64,000 nt of DNA from an uncultured Gammaproteobacteria bacterium (GCA_965230945.1 OZ246397.1:438284-502283); one strand, 5' to 3'; shown: positions 50,580 through 61,848, counted from the stretch's first letter. The notes: a model not told the origin generated them from the letters alone. Program-made: numbers and translations.

Positions 50580-51902
50580 ATGGCTGATAAAAAGAAGCTT
50601 ACTGTTGATGAGGTTGTTGGTTCTTTAGAACCAAGCAGACCAGCGGTAAAAGAAACCACAATAAAAGAAAGCAAAGAGAAATTTAAAACAGAAGGTAGAA
50701 CCTCTGTTTCTAGAAACCGTCCTTTTTTAAGTAGAAAAGACAACGGTAATAATTTTAATGGAGTAGTCGATAATCGTGTTATCCCTGATGCTGGTGTTCC
50801 CACTCATTATCTGGAAGGTATTTTAGACGTTTCTCCGGAAGGTCATGGTTATTTAAGGCCTAAGTTTTCTCCTTCTAGCCAAGATGCCTACATTTCTTCC
50901 TCTCAAATTCGCAGATTTAATTTAAGGCCTGGCGATATGATAGGAGGTCAGGTAAGAGAACCAAAGGAAAAAGAACGTTATTTTGGGCTCTTAAAGGTAG
51001 AAAAGGTTAATGGTGTTGATATTAATAAATTGGGGAGGAGGCTTAATTTTGAAGATCTTTTGCCGGTTTACCCAGATAAACAGATTAAGTTAGAGACTGG
51101 TAAGACGCCCTTATCTACGAGAATGATTGATTTGATCTCGCCTGTTGGTAGAGGACAAAGGGGTTTGCTTGTTTCGCCTCCTAAAGCTGGTAAGACTTGG
51201 CTTTTAAAAGATATTGCTAATGGTATTAGCACTAATTACAAAGATATTCATTTGATGGCCGTTTTAGTGGGAGAAAGACCGGAGGAGGTAACCGATATTT
51301 CTCGTTCAGTTAAGGGTGAGGTTATTGCTTCTAACTTTGATGACCCGCCTAATCATCAGACTAGAGTAGCAGAGGTTGCTTTAGATAGAGCCAAAAGATT
51401 GGTGGAGATGGGTAAAGATGTTTTTATCTTGCTTGATTCTATTACCAGGCTGGCTCGTGCTTATAATCTAAGTATCCCTACTTCAGGACGAACCTTAACC
51501 GGTGGTTTTGATCCAGCCGCTTTGTATCCGGCCAAGCGTTTTTTAGGAGCAGCCAGGAATATTGAAAAGGGTGGCTCTTTGACTATTTTAGGAACAACCT
51601 TAGTTGAAACTGGTTCTAAAATGGATGATTTAATTTATGAGGAGTTTAAAGGTACAGGTAATATGGAGCTTCATTTAGTTCGCTCTCTGGCAGAACGTCG
51701 GGTTTACCCCGCCATTGATATTCAACGTTCTGGTACTCGTCAGGAAGAACTTTTGTACGACAGCAAAGTCTATCCTAGAATTGTCACCATGAGAAAAATG
51801 GTTGATATGCTGGGGGCGAATGAAAGAACAGAGATTATTTTAGATAGATTGAGTAAATCAAAGAGCAACGAAGAGTTTCTAAAAACATTGAACAGGGGTT
51901 AA
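50580..51902 (+). CDS. rho: Transcription termination factor Rho
   Basis: Cold-shock-like RNA-binding N-domain (GILDVSPEGHGYLR), Walker A PPKAGKT, and the Rho signature LLDSITRLARAYN. Confidence 0.9.
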   Translation: MADKKKLTVDEVVGSLEPSRPAVKETTIKESKEKFKTEGRTSVSRNRPFLSRKDNGNNFNGVVDNRVIPDAGVPTHYLEGILDVSPEGHGYLRPKFSPSSQDAYISSSQIRRFNLRPGDMIGGQVREPKEKERYFGLLKVEKVNGVDINKLGRRLNFEDLLPVYPDKQIKLETGKTPLSTRMIDLISPVGRGQRGLLVSPPKAGKTWLLKDIANGISTNYKDIHLMAVLVGERPEEVTDISRSVKGEVIASNFDDPPNHQTRVAEVALDRAKRLVEMGKDVFILLDSITRLARAYNLSIPTSGRTLTGGFDPAALYPAKRFLGAARNIEKGGSLTILGTTLVETGSKMDDLIYEEFKGTGNMELHLVRSLAERRVYPAIDIQRSGTRQEELLYDSKVYPRIVTMRKMVDMLGANERTEIILDRLSKSKSNEEFLKTLNRG

Positions 51903-51923
51903 AGATATGCTATTCTTGGTGGC

Positions 51924-53006
51924 ATGCAAACTTCTTCATTAGCTCAAGATCTTAAAAGGTTCTCCATTTCTCTTCTTATCTACTTAAAACAAAAAGTTTT
52001 AAGGGCTTGGCAGTCTTTTGAAAAGACGAAATCTTTAGTAGCCATGGGTTTGTACCAGCAGCGAGGGCGTTTTGTTCGTCCTTTTATTCATTCGGGCATG
52101 GCCTTTTTGATTGTCGGTGGTATTACCCTAGGTCCGGTTTTGATTGCTGAGAATTTAAGTAATCCTTGGCAGGAAGAATTTGCTCCTCAGGCAATTTTAT
52201 CTACAGCCGTAGCTGAATCAGGCACGGCTACTTTGGTTTCTATTAAGCCTCGAGCTGAGGTAGCGGAATACGAAGTTAAAGCAGGCGATACCGTTTCTAC
52301 TATTGGCGAGAAGTTTGGTGTTTCTGTTGATACCATCATTTGGGAGAATAACCTTAAGTCGGTTAAAGATATTAAGCCGGGCCAAAAGCTAAAAATTTTG
52401 CCAGTGGCTGGTATTATGTACAAGGTAAGGCCAGGAGAAACGATTTATTCTATTGCCAAAAAACACCAAGTTGATGCACAGGTGATTGTTGATTGGCCTT
52501 ACAACTCCTTTGCCAATGACGAAACTTTTGCTTTGGCTGTAGGGCAGACATTGATAATTCCTGACGGTATTAAGCCTAAGGCTAAACCAGTGGCGCCAAG
52601 AAGCAGTTATTATGCAACCGTTGTTCCTGGGGCTGGTTTAGGGACAGGACAATTTGTCTGGCCGGTAGGTGGAGGAATTTCTCAAGGCTATACTTGGTAT
52701 CATAGAGGAATTGATATCGCCAACAAAGCCAGGCCAAACATTGTGGCTGCTGATTCAGGAACGGTAATTATTACTGGCTGGCCTTCACCTTGGGCTTTTG
52801 GAAACAGGATTATTATTGATCATGGTAATGGTTATCAAACCCTATATGCGCATCTTTCGGCTGTCTATGTAGGAACGGGGCAAAGAGTGCAAAGGGGGCA
52901 GACAATTGGCAGAATGGGTTCTACTGGAAGAAGTACCGGTCCCCATTTACATTTAGAAATTAGAAAAAATGGAGTTGCTTTAAATCCACTAAGCTTTCTT
53001 AAATAA
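51924..53006 (+). CDS. LysM-domain M23 family metallopeptidase
   Basis: Two LysM repeats (YEVKAGDTVSTIGEKFGV; YKVRPGETIYSIAKKHQV) and an M23 HxH motif (GPHLHLEI). Confidence 0.8.
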   Translation: MQTSSLAQDLKRFSISLLIYLKQKVLRAWQSFEKTKSLVAMGLYQQRGRFVRPFIHSGMAFLIVGGITLGPVLIAENLSNPWQEEFAPQAILSTAVAESGTATLVSIKPRAEVAEYEVKAGDTVSTIGEKFGVSVDTIIWENNLKSVKDIKPGQKLKILPVAGIMYKVRPGETIYSIAKKHQVDAQVIVDWPYNSFANDETFALAVGQTLIIPDGIKPKAKPVAPRSSYYATVVPGAGLGTGQFVWPVGGGISQGYTWYHRGIDIANKARPNIVAADSGTVIITGWPSPWAFGNRIIIDHGNGYQTLYAHLSAVYVGTGQRVQRGQTIGRMGSTGRSTGPHLHLEIRKNGVALNPLSFLK

Positions 53007-53049
53007 TTGATTCATAAAGGTAGGTAAAGTATAATAAAAAGGTAGATTT

Positions 53050-53122
53050 GGGCCCATGGCGAAGTTGGTATCGCGTCTCGATGGCATCGAGAAGACCGCC
53101 GGTTCGAGTCCGGCTGGGTCCA
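53050..53122 (+). tRNA. tRNA-Ala (anticodon GGC)
   Basis: Acceptor gggccca/tgggtcc with G3:U70; D-arm gcga-agttggta-tcgc; anticodon loop aUGGCau; T-arm gccgg-TTCGAGT-ccggc. Confidence 0.75.
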
Positions 53123-53132
53123 CAAAAATTAA

Positions 53133-53204
53133 GGGGCTATAGCTTAGTTGGTAGAGCACGGCATTCGCATTGCCAAGACGTCGGTTCGATTCCGACTAGC
53201 TCCA
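53133..53204 (+). tRNA. tRNA-Ala (anticodon CGC)
   Basis: Acceptor ggggcta/tagctcc with G3:U70; anticodon loop uUCGCau; T-arm gtcgg-TTCGATT-ccgac. Confidence 0.7.
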
Positions 53205-53250
53205 CAGGAAAGAAGAAAAGAGAAAAAGGAGGGTAGAGTAAAGAAGGGCT

Positions 53251-55272
53251 TTATTCTTCTAGTTCAGCTTCGGGAGTAGCTTCCTCAATAATTTCGATTT
53301 CACCAGCATCAGTAGATTCGCTTACCTCGGGACCAGATTGTTCCGGTAATTCAATGGGTGGGGAAATAATAGGAGATGGAAGAACTTCCGGTTCAGTAAG
53401 TTGAGTTGTACCTTCAGTAGTTTCTGTTATTTCTTCTTCAGGAAGATTTTTAGCTAGTTCTTCAAGTTCTGTTCTTGCTTTTTGATAATCAACTGAATCG
53501 GTAGGAATTAAATTAGTGACGATGAGCATCATCTCATGGGCCTTTTTAAAATCTTCCTTTTCTTTGTAGGCAGCAGAGAGATTATAATAGCCATTGGCAA
53601 AGTTGGCTTTATCGTCAATAGACTTTTGAAACCATAAAATAGCCTCATCATATTCACCTAGAGCATAATAAACACCACCTAGTCCTAATTTTAATTCAGG
53701 GTTGGTGGGGTCTAAATTAATTGTTTGACGGTAGGATGTTAGCGTCCATTGTTCAGCCCCTTCAGCAAAATTGATTAATTGACGGTAGGTTTGAGATAGA
53801 TTTTCCCAATTGATCACTTTGTTTTGGTTTAAAGAAACGGCTACTTTAGCTTCACTAATTGATTGCTGGATTAAGGTGGTAATAGTTTGTCGGTCCTGAT
53901 CAGAAAGATCTGGCCGACCGGCAATACTGTCTGCTAAGGCAAGACTGGTTTGAGAGTAGGAGATGCGGTAAACATCATTATAAGGATTTAACATAATAGC
54001 TTTAAGCTGGTTATTATAGGCGTTAGTTCCATCATTTAAGGCGATATTAACCAGCGATTGTCTAAAACGAACTTCGGCAGCATAGACTCTACCGGCAAAG
54101 TAAAAAGAAACTCCGCTAAAAAGGACAATTAAAGAGAGGATAATCACAGGTAGTATTTTTGATCTTTCTACATATTGCCCTTTTGGTAAACCGATTGCAG
54201 CTGAAGCAACCAAGATATAGAAGATTAAAAGAGTAAGAAAATTGACTGGTAGAAAGAGGAAGATCAAAGAAACGGTAAAGATAGTCAAAAAGTAAGCAGA
54301 ATATTTTTTGGCCTTAATAATTTTACCCATTAACCAAACCCAGGCTGCAAAACCCAAAATACCCACGGTGGTTATAAGATTAAAATAGAAATTTCCTGAG
54401 GTACCAAAACGAAATAGCCAAAGATTAGTTAAATTATAGCTAGCTGGTCGGAATCGAGAAAAAGCGTCTAGAAAGTTTTCCGGTCCAACACCTAAAAGGA
54501 AAGTTTTACCATTTTTAAAAGCTTCAATCACGATTGCCCATGAGGTTGAATACGGTAAAAGAAGAGGTTTGCTAACAACTAAAATTTGCCATAAAGAAAT
54601 ACCTAGACCACCAAGGATGATTATGATAGAGATGGGGTGGTGGATTAGAGAGAGCAAACTTTCTCTTTTAACTTTCTTAATAATAGAAATAAAACGGGTT
54701 AAAGCTAAGATTAAGACAGCAATTAGAAAAGTGGTTAAAACCAATGGGGTTCCGGCTGGCGTCCAAGATTTTAATCTAAGGAAAGCAACACGGCTGCCTT
54801 CAGGAATAAAAGCTTCACCCAAACCAATAAATTGAAAGATGGCGGTTAAAGAAAGAACAACAGCACCAACAATGAAACTGTTTAAAAGCTTAATTCTATT
54901 TTCCCTACTAACGTTGTTGGTAATTATAAAATAGAGAAAGGTGAGGGTAATTACTGTTCCTGTTCCGTTAGGCAACCAAAGAGTTTCCCATTTATTAGGA
55001 GAAACGATAATTGTTGAAAGAATGAAAGCAACGGCAATAGCCAAAATAGGTAAATCAAAGGAAGTTTTTTTAATACTTAATTCTTTAGTAACAACCATTT
55101 TAACAGCCCACAGAATTAATAGGATAAAGACAGAGGAGAAAAGAAGAGCATTTTTATTAAACTCGTAGAACTCTGAAGTGAAAGGCAAGAAAAATAGTGG
55201 CGTTACTCCAATAAAAATGATTAAAAACCAAAGAATGATTTTATTAATAAATAGACTTCTTTTTTCTGCCAT
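53251..55272 (-). CDS. Polytopic membrane protein, O-antigen ligase (Wzy_C)-like, with C-terminal TPR repeats and acidic tail
   Basis: About 12 TM segments over 400 aa, then TPR-like repeats (LGGVYYALGEYDEAILWFQKSI...). The C-terminal 80 aa are Glu/Thr/Pro-rich. Confidence 0.45.
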   Translation of the reverse strand: MAEKRSLFINKIILWFLIIFIGVTPLFFLPFTSEFYEFNKNALLFSSVFILLILWAVKMVVTKELSIKKTSFDLPILAIAVAFILSTIIVSPNKWETLWLPNGTGTVITLTFLYFIITNNVSRENRIKLLNSFIVGAVVLSLTAIFQFIGLGEAFIPEGSRVAFLRLKSWTPAGTPLVLTTFLIAVLILALTRFISIIKKVKRESLLSLIHHPISIIIILGGLGISLWQILVVSKPLLLPYSTSWAIVIEAFKNGKTFLLGVGPENFLDAFSRFRPASYNLTNLWLFRFGTSGNFYFNLITTVGILGFAAWVWLMGKIIKAKKYSAYFLTIFTVSLIFLFLPVNFLTLLIFYILVASAAIGLPKGQYVERSKILPVIILSLIVLFSGVSFYFAGRVYAAEVRFRQSLVNIALNDGTNAYNNQLKAIMLNPYNDVYRISYSQTSLALADSIAGRPDLSDQDRQTITTLIQQSISEAKVAVSLNQNKVINWENLSQTYRQLINFAEGAEQWTLTSYRQTINLDPTNPELKLGLGGVYYALGEYDEAILWFQKSIDDKANFANGYYNLSAAYKEKEDFKKAHEMMLIVTNLIPTDSVDYQKARTELEELAKNLPEEEITETTEGTTQLTEPEVLPSPIISPPIELPEQSGPEVSESTDAGEIEIIEEATPEAELEE

Positions 55273-55378
55273 AAGTTAATAATAAGGCTTAAAAAACATA
55301 CCTGTCAACTGCTATTTTTTGATTTAATTTTGATATACAAGTTTATATTAAGATATATTCTTCTAAGCAAATAAGGAT

Positions 55379-58300
55379 CTATTTAATTGTTACTCCTGAA
55401 ACACTTACTCCGCTGAAATTAATGTTGCCTTGACTGTAATCTACTGTTAGTGTACCACACCATTCAGAATTCCCGTTGTCACTGTTGGCCCTAATTCGGT
55501 ATTGGTAGGTATATTCAGAGGAGGTGGTATTATCAGTAGAGGAAGTGCTATCAGCGTCTTCAGTGGTTAAAAGAGTATAAGCTCCACCATCGACACTTCT
55601 TTCCACCCGATAACCAGTCTCCAGACTGGTATTATCATTCCATTTGACGATTGTTTGGTTAGGTTGACTGCCGTCATCAATCATGCAGCCCGTAGGAGCG
55701 TAAATTTGACTCATGGTAAAGTAAGCAGACTCTGTACTCCAGGCCCCCTCTTCACCTCCGTCATCCCAATATTTAATACGCCAATAATACGTAGCCCCCC
55801 ATTGTAGATCGGTGCTTGCTCCTCCATAGGAAATATCGGTACAGCGATCACCAGCTGTGCAAGTGGGAGAGAGGGAAGTTTTGTCAGAATCCCAAAGTGT
55901 AGAGCCAAAAGCTGAATCATCATCAACCTGAATTTGATAATAATCAGCAATATCGCCAGTATCGGTATCATTATAAATTGCCGAAAATTCAGGGGTGGTA
56001 TCAGTTACCCCTGTGGGGTTAGTTTGCCCTTCGGTTAATAAAGAAGTGGGGGCCAAGGGGGTATAGTTGACGGAAAAAGTATTGGTTCCTGTACTCCAGG
56101 GGCTTTCCGCACAATCATCATCAAAAAATTTAATTCGCCAATAGTAAGTAATTCCGCCGGTTAAAGCTGATCCTGCATAAGAAATATCAGCACAGCGAGT
56201 TCCTTGATTGCAATTCGTCATCGAAGTTCCTGAAGCCCCTGAATCCCAAATCGGTGAACCAAATTCAGAATCGTCATCTACTTGAATGCGATATTTATTG
56301 GCAATATCATCGCTATCAGGATCATTATAAATAGCCGAAAATTCTGGTTCAGTGTCGGGAACTTGACTGGGATTGGTTTGCCCTTCAGTTAGCAAAGAAG
56401 TAGGAGCGGTTGGGGTTTGGTTCTCGGTGTAATTTAAAGTGACACTCGTGAGAGAGGGAGAAACGGTGGTATCGTTAGTTGTTAAAATAGCTCGATATTG
56501 GAAGTATCTTTGAGGAGTAGAGGAAATGGTGGAGCCAGTTGGGTCTGTCATATAGGTAGAATTAGATCTAAAGTCGTCCAAATACATATCAAAACCTTCT
56601 GAACCATCAAGAACTCTAATGCCTAGTTTGGTAATCTCATCTCTGTCATCAGTAGAAATATCAGTAATATCCCAATACTCTCTTTGCCACTTAAAGACAT
56701 CAGCATTGGTTGAATAACCAGAAGAAGGAGCGGTACCGCTCCAAGAAGAAACAGTTACCAAACCTGAAGAAATAGAAGTTACTTCACCTTGCATAATATA
56801 AGTGGTACCATCAACATTTTCTCGAATGATAACTGTATCGCCGGTATATAAACCAGTTACACTGTCAGGTGTAAATTCATAATTAGAGGTTGAGGTTGGA
56901 CCATCTGAACCTGCGGTAGTAGCATAATCAACCGAAATCTGGTGAGTTCGTAACCCATATTGATAAGCCTGTCTGATTTCATCAGCCGAACGGGTAGTAG
57001 TGTTGGAAATGCGGACTTCGTCGATGGTGCCCTTAAATTGACTGGCACCAATGGTTAGGGGGTTATCGTTTGTTGCAATTGTGACGGATCTTGAAGCGGT
57101 GTTTTTTAGTTCACCATTTACATATATGGAAAGGGTTGTACCGTTGTATGTCCCCGCTACATGATACCATTCTCCAATATTTGGTGTTACATTACTATTT
57201 ACTCGTGGTTCGTAAGAACTGCCGTCATAAATAAAAAATTCGAAATCGTCACCACCTCCACTAGAAATTCTGATAAAATATGATCCCAAACTAGTTCCTT
57301 TACTGATAAGGTATTCATAAGTAGAATGGCTACTTATTTTAACCCATAATTCAATAGATAAATTTCCAGTGATATCTAGACTTGCCGAATCTGGTACGTT
57401 TATATAGTCACTATCACTAGCAAAACTCCTCGCCTTGCCGATTTTTCCTTGAGTAAAGGTTGTCCCGGTTGGGGTTCCATGGTTACCATTACTAGAAGAA
57501 TCTTTAATATAAGCTCCAGAGCCGGATTTTTCATCCAGATGCCACAGGCTGACGGTGCTAGCATCGCTTCCATAAACCGAATGATCAGTTTCACCGACAT
57601 ATGTTTCAAGATATGTCCCTGGTCTATTTGCCGCTACATAAAAAGGAGCTTTGTTTTTAGAAGATAAGTCAGTTGAAGTTAGAGTTCTGGAAAGACGATG
57701 GTCTTTTCCTGCTCGATAAGCTTCAGCAATTTCTTCGGCGGTGCGAGCGACATTGGAAATACGGACTTCGTCAACTTGACCATCGTGGTATCCATAGGAT
57801 CCACCCCCAATTTGATAAGGGGCATAAACGGTCGTCTTTGGTGAGGTGAGTCCAGTCCTGACAAGAGTTCCATTAAGATATATGGAAGGAGTTTTGTTAT
57901 TATAAACAATTGCTAAATAATTCCACCCAGATGGAACAGTTCCGTTATAGACTGCCAAGGGGGGCATATAAGCACTTCCATGTTCATATACAGAGATACC
58001 ATTAGTGCCAACAGATACGCCAGCTCCACTGTTAGTACCTTCATTAACGGCTCCAAATAAATATTTTTGGCCTGAGATTCCAGTAGTTGAGGTTGTACTT
58101 TCTGCATCAATTTCGTGAGTGCTATTGGCTGTAAACCATGCAGAAAAAGTAAAGGTATTCGTGGGTCGATTTGTTGTTCCAACAGTAATGATATCACTAC
58201 TTCCATTAAAGCTCCTAGCTTTTCCATAGAATCCATCTACTACTGTTGTTCCAGTTGGCGTGCCATGGTTGACGTTGGCAGTGGCATCTTTAATATAAGC

Positions 58301-61300
58301 TCCAGTGCCTGAAGTTTCCTCCATATGCCAAAGAGCAACGGTATTACCATCTACTTGCGGGGCTCCGACAGTGGATTTTAAAGAGCCATTACCCTCCATT
58401 TTAATGGTTGATTCGTCGGTTTTAGTAAGAGTGTTGGAGTTTGATGTAGACCAATTAGTAGCGTCTGAATCCATGCTTAAAATAGTAGTTTCGTTGCTTA
58501 TTGGTTTCCATTCTTCCCAAGTAGAATTATTGGCTGAAGTTCTGGTTTGAAATTCAATATCCGCCCCTAAGCCAGCCGTTGGTTCAGGAGAGGTATATTT
58601 GCGGACTATAATCCTATCCCAATCAGTAGTGTAACTTTGACCGTTATAAGAATCACTATCGTATCTTCTTCCTAATGCAATTGGTTCACTAGACACAGTA
58701 TTAGTTAAATCACCAACATTCCAATAAGTTGAATTCAAATCTAAATTATACATATTTAAATTAACCGTAGAAGAATCTTTTACCTTTATAGTGTAAAGCA
58801 TATTATTAGCTGGCGTTTCGTCATCTTTATTCATCCAGCTTGAGTCATTTCTATAGTAAGCATTACCTGGGTGATTTAACCATCCTATACTATTACTTGA
58901 AGATAGATAAAATCCCCCTATCATCTGACCATTAGTTGCTAAACTGGTTGACTTTGCTTTAATCTCCTGAATAATGCCTGAAGAAAAGGTGGATATAGAA
59001 GTTAATCTACCGGTTGTATTTGTGCCGTGCAGATAGCCGCCGGAAACACTAAAACCAGTACCATCTGTTATAGTCCATTTAGTGGTGTCAATAGAATCTC
59101 CCAAGAAATCATCAAAAAACTCAAAAGTTGCACCACCATCTGAACCCGCACTAGCCCCTGAATTTCCATACCACATAAAAATCGTTGTTTTACTTGAAGC
59201 AGTGATAGAGTCTACTTCCACCCAAACTTCTGCTTCCACGCCGTCTGATTTTTCTTCTATCCAATAATCAAGATTGGTTCCGGCAGAGTTGGTGAACTTC
59301 AAATCATCAAAATCACTTTGCATATTAGAGTTATAGGGAACAGTCAATTTTACTTGGTAATTAGTTAAGGTGTTTGAATTTTGAGAATTATCAATAATTA
59401 CTGGCTTGACTTTGGTCCAGCCATCTGGAGTTGAAGGGGGAGTAATTGATTCTGTCCATTGGAGAGAATCAAGACTAGCCACAGATGTTCCTAAATCAAT
59501 TGATTGGGAAGTATAAACACCATAAGGTCTTTTTTGAGCATCTAATTTGATTTCTTCAGGAGTTCGAGCGGTGTTGGAAATACGGACCTCATCGATGGTG
59601 CCATTGAAAAAGTAACTTCCACTCCCATGTGCACCTATAATTGATGTTCCCGCAGGATTAGTTATTAAAGTTTGAGAATACGACTTAGATGCAGCTAAGG
59701 TACCATTTACATAAACTGCCTTTGTACTACCGTTATATGTACAAGCAACATGATTCCATTGATTATTCTTAAAATAGCTGCTAGTAGTAAAACTAAGATT
59801 ATCGCTATTAGAAGATGTATTATATGTGCGGAAATAAAAAGTATCTGTCGCTGCAAAAAAACAGGAATACTGAGTATTTACAGAGCCGTTTGTTGTTTTT
59901 TCAAATATAAACATATTTCTATTAAAATTATCTGAATAAACCCAGGCTTCTATTGAAAGATTCTGTAAATCAAAAGAGGAAGATGCTGGCAATAGAATAT
60001 AATCACTGCTCCCATTAAAACTTCTTCCGGCTGCTCCTAATTTTTGAGTGGTAGTAGTGATGGTGGTGCCAGTGGCTGTGCCGTGATTGCCATTGCCGGA
60101 AGAATCACAAGCATCCTGTCCTTCAGAGCAGCTGTCATTAACTGTTTCATTCATATGCCAAAGGCCAACGGTATGAAGATCAGCTGGTGATTCTTGTTCG
60201 TAAAGTTCAATCGAAGGACCAGTGTCAATTGTGGGATATCTAACAATTACTATACCAGAGCCACCATCGCCACCTTTAGTACCAGGATTACCGCCGCCAT
60301 TACCACCGCCGCCGCCGCCAGTATTAGCAACGCCATTAGTATCTGCTGAGTTTCCGTATCTATATCCATCACCGCCACCACCTTGTCCGCCAGTTCCAAG
60401 TGTGCCTGGAGGACCAGTAAAAGCTGAACCACCACCGCCACCCGCAAACCAGCCAGAAACCCCTACGGATGTCCCGAAATAACTTGACATGTCAACACCT
60501 ACGCCACCATCACCACCAGCTCCTTTAGCAGCATTAGCACCAACAGCACCTGCACCACCACCACCACCAGCAGCAAATAGCCGCCAGTCTGTATCGGTGA
60601 TACCATTACCACCATTATATCCCTGTCTTGGGGGTCCAGCATTTCCAGCGCCACCAGTTCTGGTACCCGCATTACCAGCACCACCACCTGAACCGCCAGC
60701 ACCACCATCGCCATAACTACCAGCACCACCGCCCTCTGCGGTTATATTATCAAAGACAGAGTTATCACCTTTAGTACCAGCTGCATCATCACCACCACCA
60801 CCACCAGCCCCAACGGTTACGGTTAGTTCACTGCCTCGTGTTACGTCATGGTCTGTTTCGTATAAAAGTCCACCAGCACCACCGCCACCGCCAGTATTAT
60901 TTGTGTGATGTCCACCGCCACCGCCACCAGCGACAATTAATACATCTACTTTTAAAGGAATATTTGTCGTAAATGTTCCATCACTTGTAAAGGTATGAAT
61001 GGTATAGCCTTCGGAATAGGTAATTGTTCCTCCTGTTACAAAATTACCAACATCTTTAACTCGATTTAGCTGGCCGCTGGTAAAGTCAGATTGCTCATCA
61101 TGGACAATTGTTGGATCAATAATAACAGGGTAAAGAGCAGTTTTTAGCCAGTTAACATCAGGATTAAAATGAGCATAGTATTGAATAGGTTGTGACTTTT
61201 GACTGAGAGTAGAGGAGGAGGTAATAGTTAAAGGAATATTATTACTTCTATTGTTTCCAGCGTCAATCATGAATGGTTTTTCGAAGTGGAAGCGATATTC

Positions 61301-61846
61301 TCCACTAGTTGGGTCGATAAAGGTAGATGTAATTTTGCCTTGAAGATCTTTTTTAGGGACAACTTTGTTTAAATTTAAAGCAAAAGTTAAAACTTTATCT
61401 AGGTTTTGGACGCTTTCAGGTGAGTTTAATTTAATTTCTTCCTTTACTCCTTTTTCAATGAGGGTATAAATTAAATCAATTCCTGGATAAACGTTTTTAT
61501 AAATCACAGTTTTTTCATCTTTCTTTTCAAATTTGATTTTGTCGTTTGAAACGTTATTGGCTAAAGAGAATTCAATAGAAGAACCAGAGGTAGAAAACTT
61601 AATCTTAGTTGATTTTTCATCAAGACGGTTGCCTAGATATATCTTGAAATCTTTTGAATTGTTTTGATATATATAATTGGTTACCCTAGGAGCATCTTGA
61701 AGGATAATGTTATCCGCTTTTTTGTTGCTATTTTTTACGGCTAGGATAGAGATAAGAGTGGTTACAAAAATAGCTATTGCAAATAAAATTAGCTTTTTGT
61801 TTTTCTGGATAATTTTTTTGGTGATTAAGATTTTACTTTTTCTCAT
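55379..61846 (-). CDS. Giant secreted/surface protein (2155 aa) with three LamG/concanavalin-A-like repeats, a Gly-rich block and two FN3-like C-terminal repeats
   Basis: N-terminal signal anchor. Motif LWHM(N/E)E...G.GNHGT.TGTT...G.A(R/G)SFNGS.DYI occurs three times. GGGGxAGG... low-complexity block spans about 230 aa. The module PTAPTSLLTEGQTNP...YYWRIK occurs twice. Confidence 0.7.
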   Translation of the reverse strand: MRKSKILITKKIIQKNKKLILFAIAIFVTTLISILAVKNSNKKADNIILQDAPRVTNYIYQNNSKDFKIYLGNRLDEKSTKIKFSTSGSSIEFSLANNVSNDKIKFEKKDEKTVIYKNVYPGIDLIYTLIEKGVKEEIKLNSPESVQNLDKVLTFALNLNKVVPKKDLQGKITSTFIDPTSGEYRFHFEKPFMIDAGNNRSNNIPLTITSSSTLSQKSQPIQYYAHFNPDVNWLKTALYPVIIDPTIVHDEQSDFTSGQLNRVKDVGNFVTGGTITYSEGYTIHTFTSDGTFTTNIPLKVDVLIVAGGGGGGHHTNNTGGGGGAGGLLYETDHDVTRGSELTVTVGAGGGGGDDAAGTKGDNSVFDNITAEGGGAGSYGDGGAGGSGGGAGNAGTRTGGAGNAGPPRQGYNGGNGITDTDWRLFAAGGGGGAGAVGANAAKGAGGDGGVGVDMSSYFGTSVGVSGWFAGGGGGSAFTGPPGTLGTGGQGGGGDGYRYGNSADTNGVANTGGGGGGNGGGNPGTKGGDGGSGIVIVRYPTIDTGPSIELYEQESPADLHTVGLWHMNETVNDSCSEGQDACDSSGNGNHGTATGTTITTTTQKLGAAGRSFNGSSDYILLPASSSFDLQNLSIEAWVYSDNFNRNMFIFEKTTNGSVNTQYSCFFAATDTFYFRTYNTSSNSDNLSFTTSSYFKNNQWNHVACTYNGSTKAVYVNGTLAASKSYSQTLITNPAGTSIIGAHGSGSYFFNGTIDEVRISNTARTPEEIKLDAQKRPYGVYTSQSIDLGTSVASLDSLQWTESITPPSTPDGWTKVKPVIIDNSQNSNTLTNYQVKLTVPYNSNMQSDFDDLKFTNSAGTNLDYWIEEKSDGVEAEVWVEVDSITASSKTTIFMWYGNSGASAGSDGGATFEFFDDFLGDSIDTTKWTITDGTGFSVSGGYLHGTNTTGRLTSISTFSSGIIQEIKAKSTSLATNGQMIGGFYLSSSNSIGWLNHPGNAYYRNDSSWMNKDDETPANNMLYTIKVKDSSTVNLNMYNLDLNSTYWNVGDLTNTVSSEPIALGRRYDSDSYNGQSYTTDWDRIIVRKYTSPEPTAGLGADIEFQTRTSANNSTWEEWKPISNETTILSMDSDATNWSTSNSNTLTKTDESTIKMEGNGSLKSTVGAPQVDGNTVALWHMEETSGTGAYIKDATANVNHGTPTGTTVVDGFYGKARSFNGSSDIITVGTTNRPTNTFTFSAWFTANSTHEIDAESTTSTTGISGQKYLFGAVNEGTNSGAGVSVGTNGISVYEHGSAYMPPLAVYNGTVPSGWNYLAIVYNNKTPSIYLNGTLVRTGLTSPKTTVYAPYQIGGGSYGYHDGQVDEVRISNVARTAEEIAEAYRAGKDHRLSRTLTSTDLSSKNKAPFYVAANRPGTYLETYVGETDHSVYGSDASTVSLWHLDEKSGSGAYIKDSSSNGNHGTPTGTTFTQGKIGKARSFASDSDYINVPDSASLDITGNLSIELWVKISSHSTYEYLISKGTSLGSYFIRISSGGGDDFEFFIYDGSSYEPRVNSNVTPNIGEWYHVAGTYNGTTLSIYVNGELKNTASRSVTIATNDNPLTIGASQFKGTIDEVRISNTTTRSADEIRQAYQYGLRTHQISVDYATTAGSDGPTSTSNYEFTPDSVTGLYTGDTVIIRENVDGTTYIMQGEVTSISSGLVTVSSWSGTAPSSGYSTNADVFKWQREYWDITDISTDDRDEITKLGIRVLDGSEGFDMYLDDFRSNSTYMTDPTGSTISSTPQRYFQYRAILTTNDTTVSPSLTSVTLNYTENQTPTAPTSLLTEGQTNPSQVPDTEPEFSAIYNDPDSDDIANKYRIQVDDDSEFGSPIWDSGASGTSMTNCNQGTRCADISYAGSALTGGITYYWRIKFFDDDCAESPWSTGTNTFSVNYTPLAPTSLLTEGQTNPTGVTDTTPEFSAIYNDTDTGDIADYYQIQVDDDSAFGSTLWDSDKTSLSPTCTAGDRCTDISYGGASTDLQWGATYYWRIKYWDDGGEEGAWSTESAYFTMSQIYAPTGCMIDDGSQPNQTIVKWNDNTSLETGYRVERSVDGGAYTLLTTEDADSTSSTDNTTSSEYTYQYRIRANSDNGNSEWCGTLTVDYSQGNINFSGVSVSGVTIK

Positions 61847-61848
61847 CT

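Noticed and set aside
53048-53236. 62-aa plus-strand ORF
   Set aside because: Composed of the two tRNA-Ala genes; spurious.
60222-60729. Pro-rich ORFs 60222-60482 and 60489-60716 (+) and antisense ORFs 60250-60447, 60499-60729 (-)
   Set aside because: Alternative-frame artefacts of the GC-rich Gly-codon block (GGN repeats read as CCN/Pro on the other strand) inside the 2155-aa gene.
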